Below are positions 11,076-23,280 of a DNA stretch of 64,000 nucleotides, piece by piece. Under the pieces are notes generated by a model. The model did not search any database, was not told the DNA's origin, and saw only the letters and a list, made by a program, of their open reading frames with translations. The stretch is taken from contig NC_087437.1 of NCBI RefSeq assembly GCF_036321535.1, forward strand, positions 34,660,001 through 34,724,000, read 5' to 3'. How positions within the stretch are numbered: the stretch's first letter is position 1; the number at the start of each line of letters is the position of its first letter. Source of the DNA: Camelus dromedarius (Eukaryota). The position numbers were made by a program, and so were the translations under genes.

Positions 11076-12074
11076 AGGTGGGTATCTAAGTCACCTGGGG
11101 AGCTGCCTCTTTGTGTCTTCTACCAGCTCCAGCTCCAGGCCCTCCACCCCAACTCAAGATGTCATTAGCTGCCTTGGGGGCCTGCGGCCCATGGGAAAAG
11201 CACCACCTAGCAGCCAGAAACTGGCGGGGTGTGTCATGCCCTCATGTATTCTGAGATGGTGAAAGGGGTTAAGACCCTGGGAAATAGAAAAGTATCTACT
11301 GTTTTGATGTTTATTTTTATGACTGCATTGTTGGGAAATGATCTTTTATAAATGGCTTACTAAGGATTTGTCAGGGTGTTACTCAGTAGCTGATAAATTG
11401 CTATGTCTGTAGCTCTGCTTTGTTCTAAAGATTCAGAGGACAAAGTTGTTTAGTCAACAGTTCCCATGGTCATATGGACAGAGCCCAGTTCCTGTGGTCT
11501 AAAGAACATTTCAGCAAAAGACAAGTTGAAATGCCTGCTGGTGAAGGGTAGCTCAATACAATTACCCTGCGGTTAGTTTCATCGCAAGGAGTTTCAGCAA
11601 TACATCCTACCCACCCACACCTCAATCATGCCCCCTCTTCTTTTCTCCTTACTGGACCCTCTCCTCAGGCTGTTTCAGTGAAGTACTTCTCACCTACAGC
11701 AGTGCACAAAGATGTCTGTTCTTCTACTCTGGGATCTGACCTAGAGTTAGAGCACTTGATTATAAATAGGTGTCTTCCTCTGAACACGAGCACTCTGGTC
11801 CTGCGAATCAGATGTTATATGCAATAAACACTAACTGGGTCCAATTTGCCATTATTTTAAATGTGAAAAACTGTAATGGCTATTGGTCAATGCTTGAGCG
11901 TTTCCTAAAACAAAACTTTAACACAGTAAAAAGGCTAAATATAATACAAAATGTTCATGTTAGTATGAAATTGCTCAAATCATCATTTCCTGATCACCAG
12001 AAAATTTGATATAACTATTAACTAATGATAGCTTTGTATGTAGGCATGTGCACAGTTTGCGTGTCCTATGTAGC

Positions 12075-12588
12075 TATGACCATTCATTTTTGTGCCAGCT
12101 TGACTGGCCTAAGGGATGTCCAGATAGCAGGTAAAACACTGTTTCTGGGTGTGTCTGAGAGCATGTTGCTGTAAGAGATTAGAATTTTATTCAATAGGTT
12201 GAGTAAGTAGATTGTCCTCACAAATGTGTGTGGGCATTATCCAGTCTGTTGAGGGCCCCAATAGAACAAAGGCAGAGGAAGGATGAATTCCGTCTCCCTC
12301 TCCTTCAGCTGGGACATCCATTTTCTCCTGCCCTCGACAGTGGAGCTCCTGGTTCTCGGGACTTCTAACTCCGGGAATAAGAATAGCAGACTTCCAGGTT
12401 CTCGAGCCTTCGGCCTCAGACTGAACGATATCATTGGCTTTTCTCCTGCCTCTCCAGCTTGCAGAGGACAGACTGTGGGACTTTTTGGCCTCCATGACTG
12501 TGTGAGTCAATTTTTATAACAAATTCCTGCATATCCTCATATATTGGTTTTGTTAGTTCTATTTCTCTGGAGAACCCTGACTAATACA
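12075..12588 (+). mobile_element. MLT2 (ERVL) solo LTR
   Basis: cttgactggcctaagggatgtccagatagc...ggagaaccctgactaataca; 5-bp TSD GTAGC (12070-12074, 12589-12593). Confidence 0.9.
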
Positions 12589-12885
12589 GTAGCAGACACT
12601 GCCTATGACTCTCCATATCTTCCCTGGCCTGTCCTGCAGAGAGCTAATTTCCAGCAGCTAGCACCTGAGACTCCTTGCCTGAGGGCTTTCCCAGTCCACT
12701 GTAACATACTAAGATGTTGTCTTCCAATTAATGCCCTATGGGAACAGTCCTCACCACTGACTGACAGGAGTGGGTAGATAAAGACCACTGCACCCTCACC
12801 CCTCAGGTGTTGTAACTCTGAGGCAGATATTCTACACTGACTTCCTTCCTGGTATTTAGCCCAATAAAGTGTTTGCACTTGAATT

Positions 12886-13187
12886 CTTTTTTTTTTTTTT
12901 ATTTTTAAATTTTTTTATCGAATTGGACTTGATTTACAGTATTAGTTTCAGGCATACCGCAAAGTGATTCAGTTATACACATATATACATATATGTATTT
13001 TCTTTTCAGATTCTTTTCCATTATATGTTATTATAAGAAATTGAATATAGTTTCCTGTGCTATACATTAGGTCCTTGTTGTTTATCTATTTTATATATAG
13101 TAATGTGTGTCTGTTAATCCCAGACTCCTAATTTATTCCTCCTCTGCCCTTTCCCCTTTGGTAACCATAGTTTGTTTTCTATGTCTG
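12886..13187 (-). mobile_element. 5'-truncated L1 3' end
   Basis: PolyT tail and L1 3' UTR; TSD ttgcacttgaat (12873-12884, 13188-13199). Confidence 0.9.
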
Positions 13188-13544
13188 TTGCACTTGAATC
13201 TTTGTCTTGGGTTTCTGCTTTTGAGGAAGGAACGAAAACCAAGACTTTTTACCATAAATTTTATGCACTGTGGATGACTATGATGTTTTGCTCCAGCAAT
13301 ATCCCAGATGGACCTCCCCTTCGCTGACACTCAGCATGCTTTTCAAAATATCTATGTGTGATTCTGACATTTTACCAATTTTATTTAGAATATAAATCAT
13401 TACTTTCCTCCTACATAATTTTGTTTAAAATGTATGAAGTTTTGAGGGTGGAAATAAAAAGTTTTCCTACATAAACATTATTGAAAAACATTATTTCAAG
13501 AGATATGACATTATTGTATGGACCTTGAGTATTAAAAATCAAGA

Positions 13545-13911
13545 ACTGTCAAAAAGAAGAAACAACCAGAATGTCCTCGGCATTGATGAATGGGGGTATA
13601 CACAAACAGTGGAATATTATTTAGCCATAAATAGGAATGAAGCACTGATACATGTTGCCACATGGATGAACCTTGAAAATATGCTAAGTAAAATAAGCCA
13701 TTCATAAATGGCCTCATATTGTATGACTCTATACGGAATGACCAGAACAGGCAAAGAAAGAAACAGAAAATAGATTAGTGGCTGATGGGGGCTGGAGAAA
13801 GGGCAAATACAAGTGACTGCTAATGTCTTCAGGGTTTCTTTTGGGGTGATAAAAATGTTCTGGAATTAATGGTGATGGTTGCACAACCTTGTAAATATAC
13901 TGAAACCACTG
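13545..13911 (+). mobile_element. L1MB-type 3' region
   Basis: acatggatgaaccttgaaaatatgctaagt...ggggtgataaaaatgttctggaatta...tgtaaatatactgaaaccactg. Confidence 0.85.
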
Positions 13912-14281
13912 GGAAGATGCTTTGCGGGATCTAACTATTCCGCCTTGTATTGACCTCTAATTATTTTCTAGTTGAGTATGTACCAGGCTTAGTTTATGAA
14001 CCTTCCTAAATGGCTTTTTGCTCAGTGCAACTGATGATCCTCTGGGAAGATTGCCTGGTACGAACCACTTTCTTATAGGCTGCAGAGCGCTCTCACTCAA
14101 TGAACTCACCTGGAAAGTCGTATTGTGGCCGCTCACCAGTTTCGCAGCAGGGCTCTCTGCTGAAATTGCCCCCAGTCCCCTCTGCTCATAGCAGAGCCCA
14201 TGAGCACCGCCCCTCATGCCTCACCCCACACCCTTCTCTTCTGCTCCCCTGGGGCCTCATTGTCACTACTAAGGCACAACA

Positions 14282-14841
14282 TGTTGCAGGACCTGCTTAG
14301 CCCTAAGGACCCACATGGTCTGACCACACAAGCTGTGAGGCTGTGAGTAGGCAGGTGGAGAGTGTTCCTGGTTCTCGCCCTGGTTCTTGCTGGCTCCCTG
14401 TTGATCTATAGCTCACTCAGAGGAAGCCCTCTCGGCTGACATAGACTTTGGCATCTCTGGTAGCTGCACAGAGAGCCAGGTAACAACTGGGAAGTATGGG
14501 GGAGTTAGGGTCCTTTGGGGTGACCTTTGACCATTAAGAAAGGATAGATGCAAAGAAGCAGGCAAACAAATACTTCTCCATCTCTCTCCTCTTCTGCCCA
14601 TACACTGCTCTGAGATGCAGTGTCTTCATATTGTTTCTTGAGAGATGAGCACCCAGCTGTGTTTCCTGGTGTAGCTGTGGCCAGCTGGGTAATGGACTAC
14701 CTTGTATTTAATTCCCCTCTTCTCTGGATTCATTTCCTTTTTCCTCTCACTCTTACTTCCTGGTATCACACCCCTCAAATAACGTGTTAGCACAACAGTT
14801 TTGCCTCAGGCTCTGTTTTCTGGGAGACCTGGGATAAGACA
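14282..14841 (+). mobile_element. ERVL LTR (LTR16/33/40 superfamily)
   Basis: 3' end ttgcctcaggctctgttttctgggagacctgggataagaca is typical of this LTR group; the 5' boundary is uncertain. Confidence 0.6.
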
Positions 14842-15717
14842 GTATATCATTTTCTCTTACAAAGAAGCATAACATTCCATGAGCAGGGATTAGCACACAC
14901 TGGCGGCAAAGTGGAGGAAATGTTGGTGCCTAGTGTGGGAGGCTAACAAGACATCATAAATGGATTTGGACAAACAAGGCTATCTAGTTCACATCTCTGC
15001 CATTAGACAAAGCCACCAGTGCATTTTCTGTGGTATGCAAATTTACATTTTGTAAAGAAAATTAAAACGATGCCACAACCAGCTTACTAATTTAAAATAT
15101 CCTATTGTAAATCAGCTTTTTAACCTGTGTGTACCGCAGGCGCAAAGTGATAAGCATAACACAATAAAATAAAATTCAGCACACTAGCAAACATTCAGCT
15201 AAATGAATTTTGTCTTTAAAAATATTTACTTTTGGAGGCTAATCAATTCAACATTTGTGCAGTTATTCAAAGCAGTTTGGGGACTAGTTTGGGCACCTCA
15301 CATCAGCTATCAGCAACAGCACCCTTCCTAGCCAGCATCCTGTTCAGTGCTGCCTAGACCCGTGGAACAAGAACAGCATAGATCAGTTCCCAGATCTGAC
15401 CCCCTGTAGCTACTCTCCTCAGTGTCTGTCTCAGGCATGAATGCTTCCATGACATCTTGAGACAAGGAATGCTGCATTTCTTTTAATATCCTCAGTTAAA
15501 CCTGATTTGAGCTTTCTATTCAACAAGGTTGGTAATATAAGGATTGTGGTCATCCTACCGGCCCATTCGCTTTTCCTAAGACACATCCAGGAATATTTTA
15601 TCCATTAGACCATAGAGTCAGAGTGTTAGGACCCACAAACTTTTCAGGACCCTATGATAATATTTAAGAGCTGAAGATTTTAAAAGATCACTCATTTTAA
15701 AACAAAAAAAAACCAAA

Positions 15718-15875
15718 GGGGAGGATATAGTTCAAATAGTAGGACACATGCTTAGCGTGCATGATGTCCTGGGTTCAATACCCAGTACTTCCTCTAAAAT
15801 AAATAAAGAAAGAAAGAAGTAAACCTAAGTACCTCCCCCTCAAAAAATAAAAAAATAAGTAAAATATAAAAAAAA
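15718..15875 (+). mobile_element. Vic-1-like tRNA SINE (long form)
   Basis: ggggaggatatagttcaaatagtagg...gtcctgggttcaatacccagtacttcc, then aaacctaagtacctccccc and an A tail. Confidence 0.88.
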
Positions 15876-16042
15876 CTAGCCAAATCAAAATTAATGGATG
15901 CTCAATTAAATTTTTATAAAATGTTCTATTGTTGCATATTTATTAATAAATTTAGTATTAATAAATCATCACATTTGAAAAAGTTCAAAAATTTTTTTAT
16001 AATATACATGATATTTTCTTCAGAAATTAGAACCAAACATAA

Positions 16043-16467
16043 TTTTTTTTCAAATTGAAGCTTGATTTACAATGTCATGTTAATTTCAGGTGTACAGCAA
16101 AGTGAGTTATACATATACATATAAAATCTATTTTTTTCAGATTATTTTCCATTATAGGTTATTACAAGATACAGAGTATAGTTCCCTGTACTAAACAGTA
16201 GGTCCTTGTTGTTTATCTATTTTATATATAGTAGTGTGTATTTGTTAATCACAAACTCCTAATTTATCCATCCCGTACCCCCTTCTCCTTTGGTAACCGT
16301 AGTTTGTTTTCTATGTCTGTGAGCCTGTTTCTGTTTTGTAAATAACTTCATTTATGTCATTTTTTTTAGATTCCACATAAAAGTGATGTCATATGATATC
16401 TGTCTTTGTCTGACTTACTTCACTTAGTATGATAATCTCTAGGTCCATCCATGTTGCTACAAATGGA
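16043..16467 (-). mobile_element. 5'-truncated L1 3' end
   Basis: PolyT and L1 3' UTR; TSD caaacataa (16034-16042, 16470-16478). Confidence 0.88.
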
Positions 16468-17242
16468 GACAAACATAAATTAAATGAAGTAGGCACAGGA
16501 AAATAATCTCAGAAGCAAAATTATAAAAACTGAAAAAAATTTTTGGCCAAAGAAATTTCATTTCATGTGGGCCATGGGTGCACTTCAATATGTTCTATGT
16601 GATATGAGGTGGGGTCTCCAAAACTAAGTGCTGGGGTATCATAACAGTTGTAAAGCAGGCCTGTAGATCAGAGTCTTAGGGAACTGTAACTGGAAAGAAG
16701 CCTCTCTTTGAGGCCATCCAGTGGCCTTGCCCATCTGGAGCAGGTTTTGATGGCCTGGCTTTGCATCCAGGTCAGGTTGTGCTTAGCTGCCCTGGGGGCA
16801 GCAGGAGATCTCCACAGCTTCTACTCCTTCTGTCTCAGGCTTGGGCCTCTGAGCCCGACCTGCGCTCCCAAGGTCAGGAATCTGGGGCTGGGTTCTTGGG
16901 AGTTCACACAGGCCCCCAGGGTGCTGTGGCCCTGCCCCTCTGTGCTCCTCCTGTCTGGAACTCTGTCGCATTCCCAGTTTCAGGCTCCTTCTCTCCCACT
17001 GTCACAGACCTTCCAAACCAATGTGACTGGTCTGCTGGACAACCTTCATACCTCTGAATTAGCTGTTAGCACCCCCCCTGGGGTAAGGGAACCTAGAAAT
17101 CTAGGGCCCAAGTCTGGAGGTTCTTCCTCACAGAGAGGAACAGGGACATTGCTTCCTCCACCCGCCCCCCCTTTTTTTCCTACCAAGGGAAGAAGAGCAA
17201 AATATAAAATGCAAAAAAATTAAAATAAAAAAAAAGGATTGG

Positions 17243-17387
17243 GGGAGGGAAGGTATAGCTCAAGTGGTAGAGCGCATGCTTGGCATGCACGAGATCCTGG
17301 GTTCAATCCCCAGTACCTCCTCTAAAAATAAATAAATCTAATTACCTCCCCCCTGCCAAAATAAAATAATTAAATAATACATTTAGA
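17243..17387 (+). mobile_element. Vic-1-like tRNA SINE (long form, little diverged)
   Basis: ggtatagctcaagtggtagagcgcatgcttggcatgcacgagatcctgggttcaatccccagtacctcc; TSD aaaaaaaaaggattgg on both sides. Confidence 0.92.
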
Positions 17388-18179
17388 AAAAAAAAAGGAT
17401 TGGTTTCTTTTCATCCCACCTGGTTACATTTGTATTTCTTTAAAAACAAACAAACAAACAAATAAACTGGAAGCTTTAAAAATAGACTTTGTCAAACCAT
17501 GTCTCCCTCCTTCTCCCATCTAATTCTCATACACACTCTCCTCTCCTCCTCATCCCTTATTCCCAATGAGAATCATCTGTATGAATGATGAGCTTAATTG
17601 TTCATTAACTTAATCTTTGGGATGAATGCCAAATAAGGATGTACTCCCCTCTGAAGCTTCCAAACCACGGGATATTTTTATTGTCAGTTTACAGATATTT
17701 CAAATTAGATTCAGGCAGGCCTTCTCTTCAGCTTTTGACTAAGTCTCATCCAGCAGCATGGATTCTTATCAAAAGACATTTTCACTGGGCAGTAAGAGTT
17801 TACAATCACAATGGAGTGATATTTTATATTTACATTATGTCTGCTCCCAACTTTCTCTTCCCTAAAGGGTAACCATGATTTCAACATCACTCCTAAATGC
17901 AGTCACTTCCTGTTCGGATGTCACAGGCCTACTAATGTCCTCCTAGACACTCTAGCACTCAGGTTGCAGTGGTTTGAGCTTGACTTCCACAGGATTGTAA
18001 CTGTGGAGGCACTAAGTTCAGGTGTGATCAGCCTGTTCCAAAGGAAGACTTTGCATAAGAGATGGACCCAACACTATTGGTACATAAATGTTGATGAGGC
18101 TGACTCATTTTTCAAAATGGACTCCAAATCGGTTTTTTAGTGGGAAGCACTGAAATCACCAGCAGCAAGGTCTAAATCT

Positions 18180-18657
18180 TTAAAAAATTGTTAACACATA
18201 ACATAAAAATTACCTCCTTAACTATTTTTAAGCATACAGTTCAACAGGCTAAGTATTTCACATTGTTGTGCAACAAATCTCCAGAACTTTTTCATCTTGC
18301 AAAACTGAAATTCTGTACTCATTAAAAAGCAAATCCCCATTCCCCACTCCCTGTGACCCCTGGTGATCTCCTTTCTATTTTATGCTTCTATGAGTTTGAC
18401 TCTAGATACCTCATATAAGTGGACTCATACAGTGTTTGTCTTTCTGTGACTGGCTCATTTCACTTAGCAATGTCCTCAAGGTTCATCCATATTGCAGCAC
18501 GTAACAGGATTTTCTTCCTTTTTAAAGCTGAATAATACTCCATTGTATGTATAGACCACATTTTATTTGTCCATTGATTCATCAATGGACATTTGAGCTG
18601 CTTCTACCCCTTGGCTACCCTGAATAGTGCTGCTATGAAAATGGGTGTGCATATGCA
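18180..18657 (-). mobile_element. L1MB-type 3' end
   Basis: ccagaactttttcatcttgcaaaactgaaa...tagatacctcatataagtgga...aatagtgctgctatgaa. Confidence 0.88.
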
Positions 18658-19159
18658 AAGTAAAAGTTTTGAGGCTTTCTTTGCATTTATGATGAAGAAT
18701 TTGAGTGGATTTAGTCATATTCTGGTAATCATAATTTTGATCTTATTGCTGTTCCTCTTTCAAAAACTGTCAGCCTCTCTGTGTAGCCAATGAAATAATA
18801 TACACTTATTATTCAAAGCTCTTCAAAATACAGTTCCAAGTGACCAATGATGGTTTATCTCCTGTTAGTCTTCTAAGCTTTCCTTTCTTTGAAACTCTTG
18901 TTAGTAAACACAAAGTGCCATTGTTTTTTTTTCTGGAAGTCTATCCCTCTTAGCCTAACCCCCTTTTCCTGTATGTCCAAATCCTCCTATCCCCAATTCT
19001 CCATCCCCTCCTTCATGAAGCCTTCCAGATCTCTCCAACAGATATAATTTCTTTCTTCTAAAAATCCCCACAATGTCTCAGATGGTGTCTTATCATACCC
19101 TGCTCTCTATTCACGAGTTGCCTATACACTTATTTCACCCACTTCAACTAGAAGTACTT

Positions 19160-19360
19160 CACTTCTATTGGGTGCTTGCTATGTGCCAGACACTGTTCAA
19201 GCATTTCATGTATATTAGCTCCTATAATCCTTAAGCTGACCTATGGAGTAGGTATGATAATTATATCTATTTTGCTGATGAGAAAGTTGAGGTACAAAGA
19301 GGCTAAGTAACTTGCCCAGCCCCACAGTGTGTGCTGAGTGGTGGAAATGAGCACGTGATT
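19160..19360 (-). mobile_element. MIR SINE
   Basis: ctatgtgccagacactgtt...gatgagaaagttgaggtacaaagaggctaagtaacttgcc. Confidence 0.85.
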
Positions 19361-19769
19361 TGGGGGTGGAAATGACAAGAGAGCAACATAGTAGAAGGAG
19401 TGAACACTGGCTCAGGGAGAACCAACCCAAGAATGGCAATTTCTTTCATGATGGAAGGGTCGCCAGCCCTGTTGTTTGACTTTACAATTGGCAAGTTCAC
19501 CACAGGAAGTATATACTGCATGTATATGCTTTTGTTAGCCACTCTTGTCAACCTGCAGTATATTTATGAGTGATTGAATGTGGAGCTCCATGAAGATGGG
19601 AATTGTGTCAGTTGTGCCTGGTTCCCAGAACAGTGTTGAATAAATGATAAATGTATCAAAAATCTACACCAGTTTGGTAGGAAAAATAGCTGGAGAAATG
19701 TACCTTGAATGCATTGTAGATTCTGGTGTGCATGGAGGAATAAAACGCTTACTTGCCCATTCTAAGCTT

Positions 19770-20027
19770 GATTTAAAAGGCACAAATTATAAGGGAAAAG
19801 ATAGACTTGACTTTATGAAAATAAATCATGAACAACAAAAACCTAAAATTAAATAAAGTTCTTCATATTTCAAAGCATCATAAACAATGGAAAGGTAAAT
19901 GACAAGATGGGAGAAATATTTACAACTTGAATGACATATAATATCAATCAGCCTTATATATAAAAAACTTTTATACTTCAAAAGAAAAAAGAAAATTATC
20001 CTGGTAGGAAAAAAGCCAAAGGACATT
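19770..20027 (+). mobile_element. Old L1 ORF2 fragment
   Basis: aaaggtaaatgacaagatgggagaaatatttacaa...aaaaagccaaaggacat. Confidence 0.65.
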
Positions 20028-20307
20028 CATTTTGTAAAGATTTTGTTCTTGCAAAGATTTTCCCTGTACCTGTAATGAAAGTATGATCTTAAGATGAAAA
20101 ACAATGTAAAAAAAGAAAAGTCAAAAAAAATCTGAATGGCTTTTAAGTTTTTTTATCTGTTAGCAAAATCAATCTTCAAGTATCCATGGATGAGTTATTT
20201 TTTTTACTTCTCTTTTTATTGCTGTCTAAGGCACATTGATTAGTTTCACATATTACCAGTAATAGAATTTGAGTGAGGCTGAAATAATGATCTTAAGATA
20301 ACTACCT

Positions 20308-20886
20308 TTGTTCATTCCTGAACAAATATTTATATATGCCTACTGTATTCCAGGTATTGTGTTAGGTGCTGGAGTTACAATGGAGAGCAAAACGGACTCA
20401 GTTCCTGCCCTCATGGAACATATAAACGTATAGTGACCATGGGGGAAAGCACATATTGATTTTCAAAAATCACAAAAAATACATATTTATAACTTTGATG
20501 AACACTGTGAAGTATATATAAGTACAGGTTGCCACAAGAGGTGGGAGGAGGGACCTCACTTAGATTGCAGAGTCAGGAAGGGCTCTTGAAAGAGTGATAC
20601 AGGAGCTGAGATGTGAGGAATGATGTTTAACTAGGAAGGGTGTGGGCGGGAGTGGGCTTGGGAAAGGCCAGCATTCCAGCTGAAGGGAATTGCATGAACA
20701 AAGGACCCCAGTCAAGAGGGAGCTTGATGTTCTATAGGAATTGTAAGAAGGCAGATGTGGCTGAAGTGGATGGGCGGAGGCAGCAGATGGTGTGGAATAA
20801 GGCTGTGAAGGAGAGGAAGGCCATGGTCAAGACTTTGTCTTTATTCTAAGAGCAATGAGAAGTCATTTAAGGACTTTAAGCAGGAT
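20308..20886 (-). mobile_element. L2
   Basis: aacaaatatttat...ccaggtattgtgttaggtgctggag...tttattctaagagcaatgagaagtcatttaaggactttaagcagg. Confidence 0.85.
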
Positions 20887-21539
20887 TATTCAACTATTCA
20901 AACACATTTGAATTAGCTAGAGTGTTGATGTGTTAATTAGCATGAAAACTTTAGGTAATGCTTTAGATTAACATTATAATTTAGAAAGCTTCTTTAAAGA
21001 TTATCTGAGAGAAGCCTAGGGCAATGAGATGAAGGATTCTTAGGATAAATCTGGTTTACGTAAACAGATTTGGTGCAACAGTATAAAACAAGTATTCAGA
21101 AAACAAGTATCCTTAATATATTTCTGTAATTAATATAAAAACGTGGGCTGTAGAAAAGGAACTTGTGCTTTTGGAGTCCAGTGACATAAAGTCATATTAT
21201 ATCCTAAGATGACTGGTGTCTGTCACATGAGTTCTGTTTAACAGAACACCTGAGATATTAAAATGTTAAATCCAGATAGATCTATTATTATGCTTACTTA
21301 AAGTGATGGATTTGTTTTCTTGGCTATATTACTAAAATATATTAATTCTGTAAAGAGCATTTAAGACTGAATATGTACTGTTAAACGTTGCATCTAGAAA
21401 TGTTGTTTGAGAAGCACTGGAGATTTAATATGGTTAAATAGCCATGATCATTGTGAACCATTTACCAAAGGGACCAATAATGAAAATCATTTTTAAGATA
21501 GAATTTATAGTAATGGTCCCTTATCTTAAGGAGCTTTGA

Positions 21540-22170
21540 TTACACTGTTGGTGGGAATGTAAATGGGAATAATGTATTTTCGAAAACAGTTTGGCCTTAA
21601 ATTGTAAAGTTGAACATTTTCATTCCCAACTGTCCAGTAATTTAATTCCTAGCTATAGACCCTGGAGGAATTTTTGCATATATGCACTAACAGCTAGTAC
21701 AAAAACAATTCATGAAATCATTGATCATAATAGCAAAAAACTGGAAACTCAAACATCCAAAGAAGATGAATACATAAATTATAGACCAGTCACATGGTGG
21801 AATATTATATAGCAGTAAAATGATTGAACTATATGTAATGACATGGAAGGATCTAGAAATATAATATTGTGAAAAAACAAGTAACAGAGGACGATACATA
21901 GTACGATACCCTTTTATAAAGCTCAAAACCAAGCAAAAGTAAAAAATATATTATTTAGGGATGCAGATGTTATTGATGATATTATTTTTTAAAAAGATAA
22001 GAGAATGATAAAAAGCAAAGTTCAGTCTAATAGCTACCTGTGGAGGACAGGTAGGGAGATAGGATAGGGAAAGAACTCCTAGGTTGGTACAAAGATTGGT
22101 CAGAGTCCAGTTTTTAGGTCAGTTGGTGGGTTTATGGGTATAGTACTCATGGTTGCTGTGCTTCATAACA
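21540..22170 (+). mobile_element. L1ME-type 3' region
   Basis: tacactgttggtgggaatgtaaat...cataatagcaaaaaactggaaac...ttatttagggatgca. Confidence 0.75.
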
Positions 22171-23069
22171 GTACCTTCATGCAGTGTAAAAGGTTATACA
22201 TATTTAGGTATATATTGATAGAATAATAATAAGAGAGTCCTACTTAATACTCAGTACATATTTATATGCAGAAGGCAAAAACAATTTAAGAATACAAATC
22301 AAACTGATAATTGGGAAATTTAAAATGTGCAGGAATTTCTCTCAATATAAAAGATTCATTTAAAATTTATCTCAGGGGATTTTTATTACATTCATCATCC
22401 AGAAGCTCAGCTGATATATTTGATTTTTATAACTTTGTAATATGTGGCAAAAACAAAAAGAAATGAGGACATCATGGAACAACATCCCACTAGAAAACAG
22501 ATGTTATCAAACTCTGTTTTAAAGATTTCTTAAACCTAAAAGCCACAACTCAAATTTTTTTCTGAGAATAAGCTATATTTTATGTTCTTTTTATATTTGC
22601 AAGGTTGACATGAGTTAATTGCATAGTTAAAAATGGTAATTACCTGGTAACTATCACTATTATTGTATCTCATGAAAACCTAGGATTGCAATTAGCTCTC
22701 GGTTCATTTCCATGTCACTTGTAATGGTAAAGTATTTGCATAATGTACATTCTATGGTACTCCTTTCTCCCCTGTGAAATTCAGTAAGTAAATAGCACTT
22801 TACTTTAGCAACAAATCTTTTAGACTTTTACATAGAGGCAAAGGACAGTTTACTTGCACTAGTCTTCTGCCCCACAAATACTCTCAATGGGTGAGGTAAA
22901 TTCTCATAGTGCAGTACTTATCCCAAAACTTTAAGTCAGAATTGAGGAAAAAGAATCCATGTATTCTTTCTGAGATTTCTATACCAGAGATCTACTGAAA
23001 TGTTACTAGAGAAGTATAAATTAGATTAATCACCTCAGTGTCATTGGCAATCAAGGGATATTAGAGTAC

Positions 23070-23280
23070 TGAATTGGTGGTCAGAAGAAATGAGTTTGTT
23101 TCCAACTTCTTATTTGCTGAATTGTGGTATTCATTTAACATCTTTGTGTCTCACTTTCCTTATATTTATAAAAAGAGATAATAGCCCCTCTATTTTCTTC
23201 ATAGGATTGTTATGAGAATGGAAATAAGTTGATATACATGAAGAACTTTAACAATCTAAAGGAATATGCAAATGTTAGTT
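23070..23280 (+). mobile_element. Degenerate MIR
   Basis: tcatttaacatctttgtgtctcactttcct...cataggattgttatgagaat. Confidence 0.6.

Larger units (their letters stand above)
12069..13245 (+). mobile_element. LTR16-like ERVL LTR, split by MLT2 and L1 insertions
   Basis: Removing the inserts restores tgtagcagacactg...cccaataaagtgtttgcacttgaatctttgtcttgggtttctgctttt...aaccaagac. Confidence 0.7.
15620..16663. mobile_element. Possible old hAT-Tip100-type DNA transposon hosting the SINE and L1 inserts
   Basis: GC-richer ends (ggacccacaaacttttcaggacccta; ...gcaggcctg) around an AT-rich core; weak resemblance only. Confidence 0.3.

Noticed and set aside
16708..17223. 171-aa ORF
   Set aside because: TTG start, no recognisable domain, and it ends in an A-rich SINE target site.
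17243..17320. Apparent tRNA-Ala gene (also 36326-36402 and the other copies)
   Set aside because: A-rich tails, TSDs, altered 5' ends and seven dispersed copies show these are tRNA-derived SINEs.
17904..18107. ETS (cacttcctgt) and AP-1 (tgactca) motifs as an upstream enhancer
   Set aside because: Short motifs 200 bp apart occur often by chance; no independent support.
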